Shown here: piece by piece, positions 47,617 through 57,127 of the stretch
Layout: each line of letters opens with the position of its first letter
Numbering within the stretch: the first letter of the stretch is position 1
Assembly (NCBI GenBank): GCA_964474085.1
Contig: CAYYRJ010000001.1
Span: forward strand, 27,631 to 91,630
Source of the DNA: an uncultured Planctomycetales bacterium
GTDB taxonomy: Bacteria; Omnitrophota; Gorgyraeia; Zapsychrales; JANLHA01
DNA: 64,000 nt
Direction: 5' to 3'
Translations under genes and position numbers: made by a program
The notes under the pieces: generated by a model
The model's database searches: none
The model's input: the letters and a program-made list of their open reading frames with translations, nothing else
Told to the model about the DNA's origin: nothing

Positions 47617-48581
47617 TGCTTCGCTACATTCTTCGTCGATTATTTACAACTCTGCCGCTTTTGCTGGTCATGTCCTTCGTCGTTTTTGCATTTATGAAAA
47701 TGACGCCGGGCAATTATTATGACAGTTTAAAGCTTAATCCGCAGATTTCCCCGGAAACAATTGAGCGCTATATGAAGCTTTATCAGCTTAACAAGCCGCT
47801 TGTCGTTCAATATTTTTCGTGGCTTAAAAATCTTTTTCACCTAGAGCTTGGATATTCTTTTTTTTACAATATTCCCGTCGTCAATGTCATCGGAAGCCGG
47901 ATGTGGAATACCTTTATCCTCTCTTTAGCTAGTCTCATCCTCACATGGGGCGTCGCCATCCCTTTAGGTGTTTATGCTGCGGTTAACCGCAATAAATTTT
48001 CTGATCGATTGATTCAGCTTTTGTCTTATCTTGCTTTGTCGAGCCCGAGTTTTTTTGTCGCGATGCTTTTTTTATATTTTGCCAGTCAAAGTGGTCTTTT
48101 GCCTTTAGGGGGAATGCACAGCGCCAATTACGATGAGCTCAATTTTGTGGGCAGGTTTTTTGATCTTTTACGCCACGTTGCAATTCCGGCGGTGGCTTTA
48201 TCGATTGCATCGATAGGGGCATTGCAAAGAATTATGCGTGGGAATATGCTCGAAGTTTTAGGTCAGCAGTACATTTTGACGGCGCGTGCAAAAGGTTTGA
48301 GCGAAAATCGGGTTATTTACGTCCACGCTTTGCGCAATGCGATTAATCCTCTGATTACTCTTTTAGGCTACGAATTTTCAGGCCTTTTAAGCGGGGCGGC
48401 GTTGTTAGAAATTATTTGCAGCTGGCCGGGCTTAGGCGCTTTGATGCTCACCGCCGTACAATCGAAAGATATTTATCTGGTTATGGCAACGTCGTTAATG
48501 GGCAGTGTCCTTTTGATTATCGGAAATCTTTTAGCGGACATTCTGCTTGTTCGTCTTGATCCGAGGATACGTTATGAATAA
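47616..48581 (+). CDS. ABC transporter permease (DppB/OppB family)
   Basis: Six TM helices, EAA-like loop (ARAKGLSENRVIYVHALRNA). Confidence 0.9.
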   Translation: MLRYILRRLFTTLPLLLVMSFVVFAFMKMTPGNYYDSLKLNPQISPETIERYMKLYQLNKPLVVQYFSWLKNLFHLELGYSFFYNIPVVNVIGSRMWNTFILSLASLILTWGVAIPLGVYAAVNRNKFSDRLIQLLSYLALSSPSFFVAMLFLYFASQSGLLPLGGMHSANYDELNFVGRFFDLLRHVAIPAVALSIASIGALQRIMRGNMLEVLGQQYILTARAKGLSENRVIYVHALRNAINPLITLLGYEFSGLLSGAALLEIICSWPGLGALMLTAVQSKDIYLVMATSLMGSVLLIIGNLLADILLVRLDPRIRYE

Positions 48582-49650
48582 ACAAACATTGACCCAGCTT
48601 GCATGGCAAAAATTTTGTGCGAACCGTCTTGCGGTTTTTTGTCTGATTGTCTTGGGCCTTATTCATGCGGCGGCGATTTTTGCCGACTTTCTTGCGCCGT
48701 ATTCGTTTGGCAATGAAGATCGGATGTTCTCTTATGCAAGCCCAAGCAAAATTCATTTGCGCGATGAAAACGGTACATGGCATTGGCCATTTATTTATGG
48801 CCGAGAAATTGTTTTTGATCAAAACCATAAACGTGAATACAAAGATATCTTCCAAAAAAAATATTCACTTCAGATTTTTGTGCGGGGCGATTCGTACAAA
48901 ATTTTTGGGTTGATTCCTTGTTCTTTACATTTGTTTGGCGTTAATGATGGCGGGCGGATTTATCTTTGCGGTGCGGATTCAAGAGGCAGGGATTTATTTT
49001 CGCGGCTTTTGCATGGCGCACGGGTTTCTTTGTCGATTGGAATAATTGGTGTCATCATTTCCTTTTCGATTGGACTGCTCGTCGGAGGAATTGCCGGTTA
49101 TTACGGCGGGAAAGTGGATGATCTTTTGATGCGCGTCTGCGAAATGTTTATGTTATTCCCGAGTTTTTATTTGCTTTTGGCGCTGCGCGCGGTTGTACCG
49201 GCGAACTTTACGTCCGTGCAAGTCTATTTGGCGATCATTGTGATTTTGTCGTTTATCGGCTGGGCGAGTTTGGCGCGGGTCATTCGCGGGATGTGCTTGT
49301 CGCTTAAAGAGCGGGAATATGTTTTGGCCGCCAAAACAATGGGGCTATCGGACTTGTCGATTATTTTGCACCATATTTTGCCGCACACATTGTCGTATTC
49401 GCTTATTGCGCTGATGCTTTCAATTCCCGGGTACATTCTCGCCGAGTCGTCGCTGAGTTTGATTGGGTTGGGTATTCAAGATCCGTATGCCAGCTGGGGA
49501 AATTTGCTCTCCGAGGCGATGGGCATTGTAAAAATTAAATTCGCGCCGTGGATTCTTTTACCGGGCTTTTTTATTTTGGTTACGGTGATGTGCTTTAATG
49601 TGATCGGCGATGCCCTGCGCGATGTGTTGGACCCTAAGAGCGAGCGTTAA
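48574..49650 (+). CDS. ABC transporter permease (DppC/OppC family)
   Basis: OppC-type N-terminal extension plus six-TM core. ATG 48574 overlapping the upstream stop. Confidence 0.9.
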   Translation: MNKQTLTQLAWQKFCANRLAVFCLIVLGLIHAAAIFADFLAPYSFGNEDRMFSYASPSKIHLRDENGTWHWPFIYGREIVFDQNHKREYKDIFQKKYSLQIFVRGDSYKIFGLIPCSLHLFGVNDGGRIYLCGADSRGRDLFSRLLHGARVSLSIGIIGVIISFSIGLLVGGIAGYYGGKVDDLLMRVCEMFMLFPSFYLLLALRAVVPANFTSVQVYLAIIVILSFIGWASLARVIRGMCLSLKEREYVLAAKTMGLSDLSIILHHILPHTLSYSLIALMLSIPGYILAESSLSLIGLGIQDPYASWGNLLSEAMGIVKIKFAPWILLPGFFILVTVMCFNVIGDALRDVLDPKSER

Positions 49651-49655
49651 GCAAT

Positions 49656-50429
49656 ATGTTAATTGAAATAAAAAATTTATCCGTAGGCGTTACGAGTTCG
49701 GGCAAAGAGAAAACAATTCTCGACAATGTCTCTTTGTCGATTGAGAATCGTTCGATTTTTGCCTTAGTCGGCGGTTCGGGCAGCGGCAAGAGTACGACGG
49801 GGCTTTCTATCTTACGGCTTTTAGCGCCGGGGCTTCATGTTTTAAACGGTGAAATTTTATTTGGGCAGCGGGACCTTTTGCAAATTTCAATAGAAGACTT
49901 GCGCCAAGTGCGCGGCAAAGAAATTGCTATGGTTTTTCAGGAGCCACTGTATGCTTTTAATCCTGTTTTTACCGTCGGAAAACAAATCGAGGAAGTTTTT
50001 GGCTGTCACGTTGATTTTTCGAAAAATAAGAGAACACAAGAAACGCTGGCCCTGTTGGACTTAGTCGGGATTAAGGAGCCGGGGCGCGTTTATAAAAGTT
50101 ATCCGCATCAGTTAAGTGGCGGGATGCGCCAGAGGGCGATGATCGCCCAAGCGCTGGTTTTAAAACCAAAGCTTATCATTGCCGATGAGCCGACGAGCAG
50201 TTTGGATGTTACGCTACAGGCGCGGATCATGGAACTTTTTTTAAAATTGCGTGCCGAGTTTGATTTGTCTGTTCTGTTGATCACGCATGATTTGGGGGTC
50301 GTCAAGCACTTGGCTGACCATGTGGCCGTCATGGGCGGCGGGAAAATTATCGAAACAGCCCCAACGGCAGAGATTTTTACAAATCCCAGGGATCCTTATA
50401 CACAAAAACTTTTGACCTATGCTTGTTGA
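49656..50429 (+). CDS. ABC transporter ATP-binding protein (DppD/OppD-like)
   Basis: Walker A GGSGSGKST, LSGGMRQR signature, Walker B LIIADEPTS. Confidence 0.9.
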   Translation: MLIEIKNLSVGVTSSGKEKTILDNVSLSIENRSIFALVGGSGSGKSTTGLSILRLLAPGLHVLNGEILFGQRDLLQISIEDLRQVRGKEIAMVFQEPLYAFNPVFTVGKQIEEVFGCHVDFSKNKRTQETLALLDLVGIKEPGRVYKSYPHQLSGGMRQRAMIAQALVLKPKLIIADEPTSSLDVTLQARIMELFLKLRAEFDLSVLLITHDLGVVKHLADHVAVMGGGKIIETAPTAEIFTNPRDPYTQKLLTYAC

Positions 50430-51291
50430 ATTAAAAAATATTAAAAAATATTTTCCGCTGCCAAAACAGATTTTTGTCAGGCAACGAGAATTTGTCAAAG
50501 CTGTCGATGGGGTGGATCTTGTGATCAATCCGGGGGAGAATCTAGGGCTTGTTGGGGAATCGGGTTCTGGAAAGACAACCTTAGGGCGCATTATTTTAAA
50601 ATTGTATGAGCCCGACGGCGGTTCGTTTATTTTTGACGGGCAGGATTGGACAAGCCTTTGTGGTTCCAAGCTGCGAATTGCACGCAAAAATGTAGGGGTG
50701 GTTTTTCAGGACCCTTATAATAGTTTGGACCCTCGCTTTAGTGTGCGAGGCATTTTGCGCCAAGCGCTCAAGGCGAGATTATTATCCGAAAATTTGACAA
50801 TTTTTGCGCAAGAGGCGCAGATGATTGAAACGCTTAAAGCTGTCGGTCTTGACGAAAATGCTTTAGGCCGTTTTCCGCATGAATTTAGCGGGGGCGAGCG
50901 CCAGCGCATTGCGATTGCTCGAAGCTTGCTCATGAAACCAAAGCTTTTGATTTTGGATGAGGCGGTTTCGTCGTTAGATGTCCTTGTGGCCGGACAGATT
51001 ATGGAGCTTTTGGTCAAATTGCAAAAACAGTACAATGTGACCTATCTGTTTATCACGCACAATTTGCGTATTGTAAAAAAACTTTGTCAAAAAATAGCGG
51101 TTATGCACAGCGGGCGCATTGTCGAAACGGGAAACGTCGATGAAATTTTTGCAAATCCCCTGCATCCGTACACGCAGGAACTTTTGGCGGCGGCTTTGTC
51201 GTATAAATCGTCTAAAAGTGAAGTTGTCTATCAATTTGGCGAAAATTCTCGTTTAATTGATAATGGAAATGGCCATTTTGTGATATCCTAA
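50419..51291 (+). CDS. ABC transporter ATP-binding protein (DppF/OppF-like)
   Basis: Walker A GESGSGKTT, FSGGERQR, LLILDEAVSSLD. Confidence 0.9.
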   Translation: MLVELKNIKKYFPLPKQIFVRQREFVKAVDGVDLVINPGENLGLVGESGSGKTTLGRIILKLYEPDGGSFIFDGQDWTSLCGSKLRIARKNVGVVFQDPYNSLDPRFSVRGILRQALKARLLSENLTIFAQEAQMIETLKAVGLDENALGRFPHEFSGGERQRIAIARSLLMKPKLLILDEAVSSLDVLVAGQIMELLVKLQKQYNVTYLFITHNLRIVKKLCQKIAVMHSGRIVETGNVDEIFANPLHPYTQELLAAALSYKSSKSEVVYQFGENSRLIDNGNGHFVIS

Positions 51292-51298
51292 TACGCAT

Positions 51299-53653
51299 AT
51301 GTTTACCTTATCTGATAGTTTTTGGCGGCGATTAAATCTCATTGCCGGCTTTTTTGTCCTTTTGGCGAGTGTGGGGTTTTTGGTTTTTATGGCTCACCTA
51401 GAAATCAAGGACCTTGACCTTTGGCTGCATATTGGGATGGGCCGCTATATCGTCGAGCATAATTTCCAAGTTCCCACTGTTGATATTCTTTCCTGCACCG
51501 TGGCCGGGACCCCGTGGGTTAATCATGAATGGTTGTTTCAGGTCATTGTTTATTCCATTTATAATAACTGGGGCGTTACGGGGTTGATTACGATGCAGGT
51601 TTGGCTGGTGGCGATAACGTTTTTGCTGCTGGTTTTTTTGGGGTATAACCGTAAAAATCTTTTTTTGATCGTTCTTTCATTGCTTTTGGTTTCGTTGGTC
51701 TATCAAAGCCGTTTTACAATTCGTCCGGATTTATACAGTTTGTTTTTCTTTGCCATTTACGTTGTGATGTTAGGCTTTTTTATTCATCGCAAATGGTCTG
51801 TCTGGGTGTTTTTTATTGTGCAAATTTTTTGGGCCAATATGCATGGCTTTTTCTTTTTGGGCCCGCTTATTGTGGGTGTAAGCCTTTTGGGCGAATGGAT
51901 TAAACGTTCTGTGCGCCTTCCCTGGGAATGGAACAAAATTGGGCGGTTGACTGACAAAGAATATTACCGGCTAAAACTTATCCTGGGATTGGCGATTTTA
52001 GCCTGCTTTTTTACGCCGACGGGGGTGCACGGCGCGATTTATCCGCTGAAAGTATTTTTTCAGATCTCCGGCGAGTCAAAAATTTTCTTTAGCAAAATTA
52101 TCGAATTGCAAAAGCCGATTACGCAAGCGACTCTTTTTTCCTTTCAAGATTGGGCGGAATATAAAGTTCTTATCATTATTTCTTTTTTAAGCTTTTTCTT
52201 TAATCGTCGTAAACTTGATATCGGTATTTTCCTGTTTTGGCTGTTTTTCCTTCTCTTTTCGTTGGCGGCTATCCGAAATCTTGTCTTCTTTGCTTTTGCC
52301 GCATATCTGGCCTTTGTGATCAATATTGCAACGATCAGGTTTAAGGACATTGTTCCAATTCGTTTTACGAACAGAAAATTTCTTTATATTACTTCGATTG
52401 TGGCAAATGTTCTTTTGGTTTTTTGGGTGATACGCCTTTATACGCAAGTTTATGACAATGGTTATTTTGATTTTGACAAATATGAACGCAAAAGTGAGTT
52501 TGGCGGAATTTCTCAGCATCAATTTCCGATTAAGGCAGCGGAGTTTTTGGCCAAGAATAAAGTGCGTGGGAACTTTTACAATGATTTTAATTCGGGCGCA
52601 TATTTAGTTGGACACTGTTTTCCTAATATCAAGGTTTTTATCGATGGGCGAACTGAAGTTTATGGCCCGACGTTTTTTAAGTATTACCAGGAAATAGAAA
52701 ATGCCGATAAAGTTGATAATTTTAAAGCGGCGCTGAAACGTTTTCAAATTACCGGCGTTTTTTTTAACTCGGTTCATAATCCGATCCCGCCGAATATTTT
52801 TAATTATCTCTATAATAGTCCGGATTGGGCGGTCGTTTATTTTGATTCAGATGGGGTTGTTTTTCTGAAGAATACACCGATTAACCGTGATCTGATTATT
52901 CACAAGCGCATTGATTTAAAGACATGGAAAGCCAGAGAAATGGATTTGTACCGCTTAGGCGCCAAACAGGTGTCACCGTATCCGAACCTGAATCGTGCTT
53001 TTACTCTTGAGAGTTTAGGGCTCGATGATGCCGCTGCGGCGGAAGCTAATGCGGCGATTGCGGTCAACCCCGGTTATACCGGACCGTATAAAGTGCTGGG
53101 TAAAGTTGCCGGTAAGAAAAAAGATTTTCAATTTGCCTACGAAAATTTTCGTATCGCCTCGTTATTGTCGTCGAGCGACAAAGTTGCGCGAATGAACATG
53201 GCTCAAGCGCTCTGTGATTTGAAACGATATGATCAGGCGGCGCTTGCTTATCAGAAGATCATTGACACATGGCCCAAGTCAGCCAGCGCCTATTTTAAAT
53301 TGGCCAAAATGAATATTATTTTGGGACGACATCGTGCGGCTGTTGACTTGATAAATCAGGGTTGTCAGGTTGATTGTTCTGCCTCCGAGGAGATTTTAGA
53401 GGTTGGCGATATGCTGCGCGATGCCAAAGCGTATTCTCTGGCTCGCAAAAGCTATGAAGTTGTCCTTCATCATAATCCAAAACTTGAAAGCCCGTATTTG
53501 CGTTTATCCCAGATTTATGAAAAGACCGGTGATCGTAGCAAGTCGATCGGGATTTTAAAACAAGGTTTGGCAAAAAATCCGGAAAGTAAAGAGCTTAAAG
53601 AAAAACTTCGATCCTTGGGTGTTTTGGTTAATAAAAAGCAGGTCAAGTCGTAG
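51299..53653 (+). CDS. polytopic membrane protein with C-terminal TPR repeats (possible GT-C-like glycosyltransferase)
   Basis: About 500 aa with 12 or more TM helices, then about 280 aa of TPR-like repeats. Confidence 0.55.
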   Translation: MFTLSDSFWRRLNLIAGFFVLLASVGFLVFMAHLEIKDLDLWLHIGMGRYIVEHNFQVPTVDILSCTVAGTPWVNHEWLFQVIVYSIYNNWGVTGLITMQVWLVAITFLLLVFLGYNRKNLFLIVLSLLLVSLVYQSRFTIRPDLYSLFFFAIYVVMLGFFIHRKWSVWVFFIVQIFWANMHGFFFLGPLIVGVSLLGEWIKRSVRLPWEWNKIGRLTDKEYYRLKLILGLAILACFFTPTGVHGAIYPLKVFFQISGESKIFFSKIIELQKPITQATLFSFQDWAEYKVLIIISFLSFFFNRRKLDIGIFLFWLFFLLFSLAAIRNLVFFAFAAYLAFVINIATIRFKDIVPIRFTNRKFLYITSIVANVLLVFWVIRLYTQVYDNGYFDFDKYERKSEFGGISQHQFPIKAAEFLAKNKVRGNFYNDFNSGAYLVGHCFPNIKVFIDGRTEVYGPTFFKYYQEIENADKVDNFKAALKRFQITGVFFNSVHNPIPPNIFNYLYNSPDWAVVYFDSDGVVFLKNTPINRDLIIHKRIDLKTWKAREMDLYRLGAKQVSPYPNLNRAFTLESLGLDDAAAAEANAAIAVNPGYTGPYKVLGKVAGKKKDFQFAYENFRIASLLSSSDKVARMNMAQALCDLKRYDQAALAYQKIIDTWPKSASAYFKLAKMNIILGRHRAAVDLINQGCQVDCSASEEILEVGDMLRDAKAYSLARKSYEVVLHHNPKLESPYLRLSQIYEKTGDRSKSIGILKQGLAKNPESKELKEKLRSLGVLVNKKQVKS

Positions 53654-53684
53654 AATATAAAAATTTTTAACAGGAAAGAACCTT

Positions 53685-54914
53685 ATGGATTCCAGAGACG
53701 TCTTAACGTTTATTCTCGCCGGCGGCAAAGGCGAGCGCTTAAATCCCTTGACCCGTGATCGCGCCAAGCCTGCGGTTCCTTTTGGCGGCATTTACCGCAT
53801 TGTGGATTTTACGCTAAGCAATTGTGTCAATTCTGGTTTGCGACGGATTTATATCCTTATCCAGTACAAATCGTTTTCTTTACAAAAACATTTGCTCGCC
53901 GGTTGGGACGTTGTTTCCAGCCAATTAGGCGAATTTATCGACGTCATTCCGCCCCAACAGCGTATTAGCGCCGATTGGTATCGTGGGACGGCGGATGCGA
54001 TTTACCAAAATTTTTATGCGATTCGCGATTTAAATCCGCAAATGGTCATGATCTTAGCCGGCGACCATATTTACAAAATGAATTATCAAAAGATGATTCA
54101 ATATCATAAAGAACATCAGGCGGACATGACGGTTGCTTGTATCCCGATGCCCGCCGATACCTCGGTTAATTTTGGTGTTATTGAAGTTGATAAACAAAAT
54201 CAAATTCACGGTTTTCAGGAAAAGCCGCAGAACCCCAAAACGATTCCAACAGATCCGACGAGGATTTCGGCTTCGATGGGCATTTATCTTTTTAATACGC
54301 AAACGCTTTGGGAAGAGTTGGAGGTGGATGCAAAGAATTTGCTTTCTGAACACGATTTTGGTAAAAATGTTATTCCGCAAATGATCAAGGCCAAGCGCCG
54401 GGTCTTTGCCTATAATTTCGTCGATGAAAATAATCAGCCGCGTTACTGGCGTGACATCGGAACGCGCGATGCGTATTATCAGGCGAATATGGATTTGGTT
54501 AAGTCAAATCCTGAATTTAATCTTTTTGACCGGCAATGGCCGGTGCGCACGTACCATTCGCAATATCCGCCGATTAAAGTGCAAAATGCGCAAGGCGGTA
54601 ACGGTGCGTCGATTCCGGGTGTTGTATTTGATTCTTTGATCGCGGGGGGTTGTTTTATCAATGGCGCGCAGGTGCGCAGTTCAGTCTTGTCGCCTAATGT
54701 CCGCATCGAAAAATACGCGTCGGTCGTTAATTCGGTTGTCATGGGCGATGTTGTCGTTGGAGAACATGCCAAAATTCAGAATGCGATTATTGATAAAGAA
54801 GTTGTGATTCCCGCACATGCTTCGATCGGTTATGATTTGGAGTTGGATCGCAAACGTTTTGACGTGACGACATCCGGGATTGTGATTGTCGCCAAAAAAT
54901 CAGCTGTGCAATAA
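53685..54914 (+). CDS. glgC: glucose-1-phosphate adenylyltransferase
   Basis: ILAGGKGERLNPLTRDRAKPAVPFGGIYRIVDFTLSNCVNSG signature, C-terminal beta-helix. Confidence 0.9.
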   Translation: MDSRDVLTFILAGGKGERLNPLTRDRAKPAVPFGGIYRIVDFTLSNCVNSGLRRIYILIQYKSFSLQKHLLAGWDVVSSQLGEFIDVIPPQQRISADWYRGTADAIYQNFYAIRDLNPQMVMILAGDHIYKMNYQKMIQYHKEHQADMTVACIPMPADTSVNFGVIEVDKQNQIHGFQEKPQNPKTIPTDPTRISASMGIYLFNTQTLWEELEVDAKNLLSEHDFGKNVIPQMIKAKRRVFAYNFVDENNQPRYWRDIGTRDAYYQANMDLVKSNPEFNLFDRQWPVRTYHSQYPPIKVQNAQGGNGASIPGVVFDSLIAGGCFINGAQVRSSVLSPNVRIEKYASVVNSVVMGDVVVGEHAKIQNAIIDKEVVIPAHASIGYDLELDRKRFDVTTSGIVIVAKKSAVQ

Positions 54915-55030
54915 GCATGAGTACGGTGTAATCTTAATTATTAATAGTTGTGCTCAATACAAAAGTGCACTTTTCCTGAAGTTAAACCTTTAAAAATTAA
55001 TTTGACAGTGCATTAGGAGAGAAAAGTATT

Positions 55031-56203
55031 ATGATCGTTGCCCCAAAAATTCGTGGTTTTATTTGTACCACAGCCCATCCGGCCGGATGCGCGGCTAATG
55101 TTCGTGAACAGATTGAGTATGTTCAATCGCAGACTAAGATTGCCGGAGGCCCTAAAAATGTTTTAGTGATCGGAGCTTCCAATGGATATGGTTTAGCGTC
55201 GAGGATTGTGGCGGCTTTTGGTTGTGGCGCCAAAACGGTCGGCGTATTTTTTGAAAAGGAAAGCGAAAATGATAAACGTACGGCAACAGCCGGCTGGTAT
55301 AACTCGTTGGCATTTGACCGTGAGGCGAAAGCTGCAGGGCTCTTTTCAGAAAACATTAACGGCGATGCTTTTTCGGATGAAATAAAGCTTCAGACCATAG
55401 CAACCATCAAGAAAAATATGGGGCCCATTGACCTTGTCGTTTATAGTTTGGCCTCGCCGCGCCGGACGGATCCTAAGACAGGCATTTTATACAAATCAAC
55501 GCTCAAGCCAGTTGGTGCGCCGTATACTAATAAATCGATTGATTTTGAAACAGATAAGATCATTGAAGTAACATTGCCATCGGCAACCGCTGACGAAGTT
55601 GCTCACACTGTGGCAGTCATGGGTGGGGAGGACTGGGAGCTTTGGATGGATGCTTTAGAAAAAGAAGGGTTGCTTTCACCTCATGCGATAACCGTTGCGT
55701 ATTCTTATGTTGGCCCAGCGGTGACGCATGCGGTTTATCGCAGCGGGACGATTGGAGCAGCCAAAGACCATTTGGAGGCAACCGCCAAAAAACTCGACGA
55801 GCGTTTAAAGAAAAAGCAAGGACGGGCGTTTGTTTCGGTTAACAAGGCGCTTGTGACACAATCCAGTTCCGCGATTCCGTTTATTCCGCTTTATTTTACG
55901 ATTCTGATGAAAGTGCTTATCCAAAAAGGGTTGCATGAGGAATGTATTCACCAGATGGTGCGGCTGTTTAGCCAAAGATTATATACCGGCAAGCCTGTCC
56001 CCGTCGACAGCGAAGGCCGCATTCGTGTGGATGACTGGGAAATGCGCGAAGACGTTCAGCAGGAAGTTGCGGCCGCTTGGGCTGGCGTGACCAGTGAAAA
56101 CGTCAAGCAAGTCGCGGATGTCGCAGGGTATCACAAAGACTTTTTGAAACTTTTTGGTTTTGGATTGAAGAATGTCGATTACAGCGCGGATGTCAAGATC
56201 TGA
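55031..56203 (+). CDS. fabV: trans-2-enoyl-CoA/ACP reductase (NADH), FabV family
   Basis: N-terminal MIVAPKIRGFICTTAHPAGC and GASNGYGLASRI motifs. About 390 aa. Confidence 0.85.
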   Translation: MIVAPKIRGFICTTAHPAGCAANVREQIEYVQSQTKIAGGPKNVLVIGASNGYGLASRIVAAFGCGAKTVGVFFEKESENDKRTATAGWYNSLAFDREAKAAGLFSENINGDAFSDEIKLQTIATIKKNMGPIDLVVYSLASPRRTDPKTGILYKSTLKPVGAPYTNKSIDFETDKIIEVTLPSATADEVAHTVAVMGGEDWELWMDALEKEGLLSPHAITVAYSYVGPAVTHAVYRSGTIGAAKDHLEATAKKLDERLKKKQGRAFVSVNKALVTQSSSAIPFIPLYFTILMKVLIQKGLHEECIHQMVRLFSQRLYTGKPVPVDSEGRIRVDDWEMREDVQQEVAAAWAGVTSENVKQVADVAGYHKDFLKLFGFGLKNVDYSADVKI

Positions 56204-56204
56204 T

Positions 56205-57125
56205 TTATTTGTGGAACAACAGCTTAACAAGCACCGGCAAATGGTCGGACCCGACGCTGGGTCCGACTTTTCGTTCTAAGACTTTAAAATTTTTGCTCAC
56301 CAAACAATGGTCGATGGTAATCCCCACGTAAGGCAAAAATGACGGCCAAGATGTCTGCAGACCAAAACCTTCCCGAGAGTCTTTAAGATCCAAATCTTTT
56401 TTTAGTTTCTCAAAAGAATATGACCACGACGTTGCATTAAGATCGCCAATTAAAATAATATCTTCTTGTAAGTGCGGTTTTAATAATCCGATTTGTTCAA
56501 GTTGTGTATTGTGCCAGCGAAAATGTTCGACAGTTCCCGGCGGCATTGGGTGTGTAAAAATAAGTGACACAGGTTGGCCTTCTAGGATTATTTTTCCGAT
56601 GAGACTTGGGATAAGATCGCTTGCAAAGTATTTGATTTGCATGTCCTCCAAAGGAATTTTGCTGTAAAGCCCCAGTCCAAAATTATTTTCTTGCGAAACT
56701 TCTTTAGAGTACGGGTAGATTTTTAAGAGGGAAGATAATTCTTTGATCCAACGGGCGTTGATTTCTTCGAGGGCCAAAATATCTGGCGAGTTTCTTTGAA
56801 TATAATCACCGACGGCCTTGTAGTTTGTGTTGGGCGAATTGACGTTGATCAATAGAATTTTGATCGATTTCCTTGCCGTCGGAATTGTGGATTCTTCCTC
56901 GGGGAAATAGTAGGGAACAATCAGGCTTAAATTGATCAGAGCAAAAACTGTGATGATAAGAAATAATTTTTTGCCCTTTTGAAAGAGGCACAACAAAAGA
57001 CACGCAAGCTGTATCGCCAAATATTGCAGGCGAAAGTGTGATGCTAGATCAAACCACCAACCGTAGCGGCTCAAAAATCCGGCGAGGGTTAGGATCATCG
57101 ATGCATATAAAAAAAGATACGGCAT
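56205..57125 (-). CDS. endonuclease/exonuclease/phosphatase (EEP) family protein with N-terminal TM helices
   Basis: EEP motifs (ILALEEIN, IGDLNAT, GSDHLPV). Last gene of the minus-strand operon. Confidence 0.7.
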   Translation of the reverse strand: MPYLFLYASMILTLAGFLSRYGWWFDLASHFRLQYLAIQLACLLLCLFQKGKKLFLIITVFALINLSLIVPYYFPEEESTIPTARKSIKILLINVNSPNTNYKAVGDYIQRNSPDILALEEINARWIKELSSLLKIYPYSKEVSQENNFGLGLYSKIPLEDMQIKYFASDLIPSLIGKIILEGQPVSLIFTHPMPPGTVEHFRWHNTQLEQIGLLKPHLQEDIILIGDLNATSWSYSFEKLKKDLDLKDSREGFGLQTSWPSFLPYVGITIDHCLVSKNFKVLERKVGPSVGSDHLPVLVKLLFHK

Positions 57126-57127
57126 TT

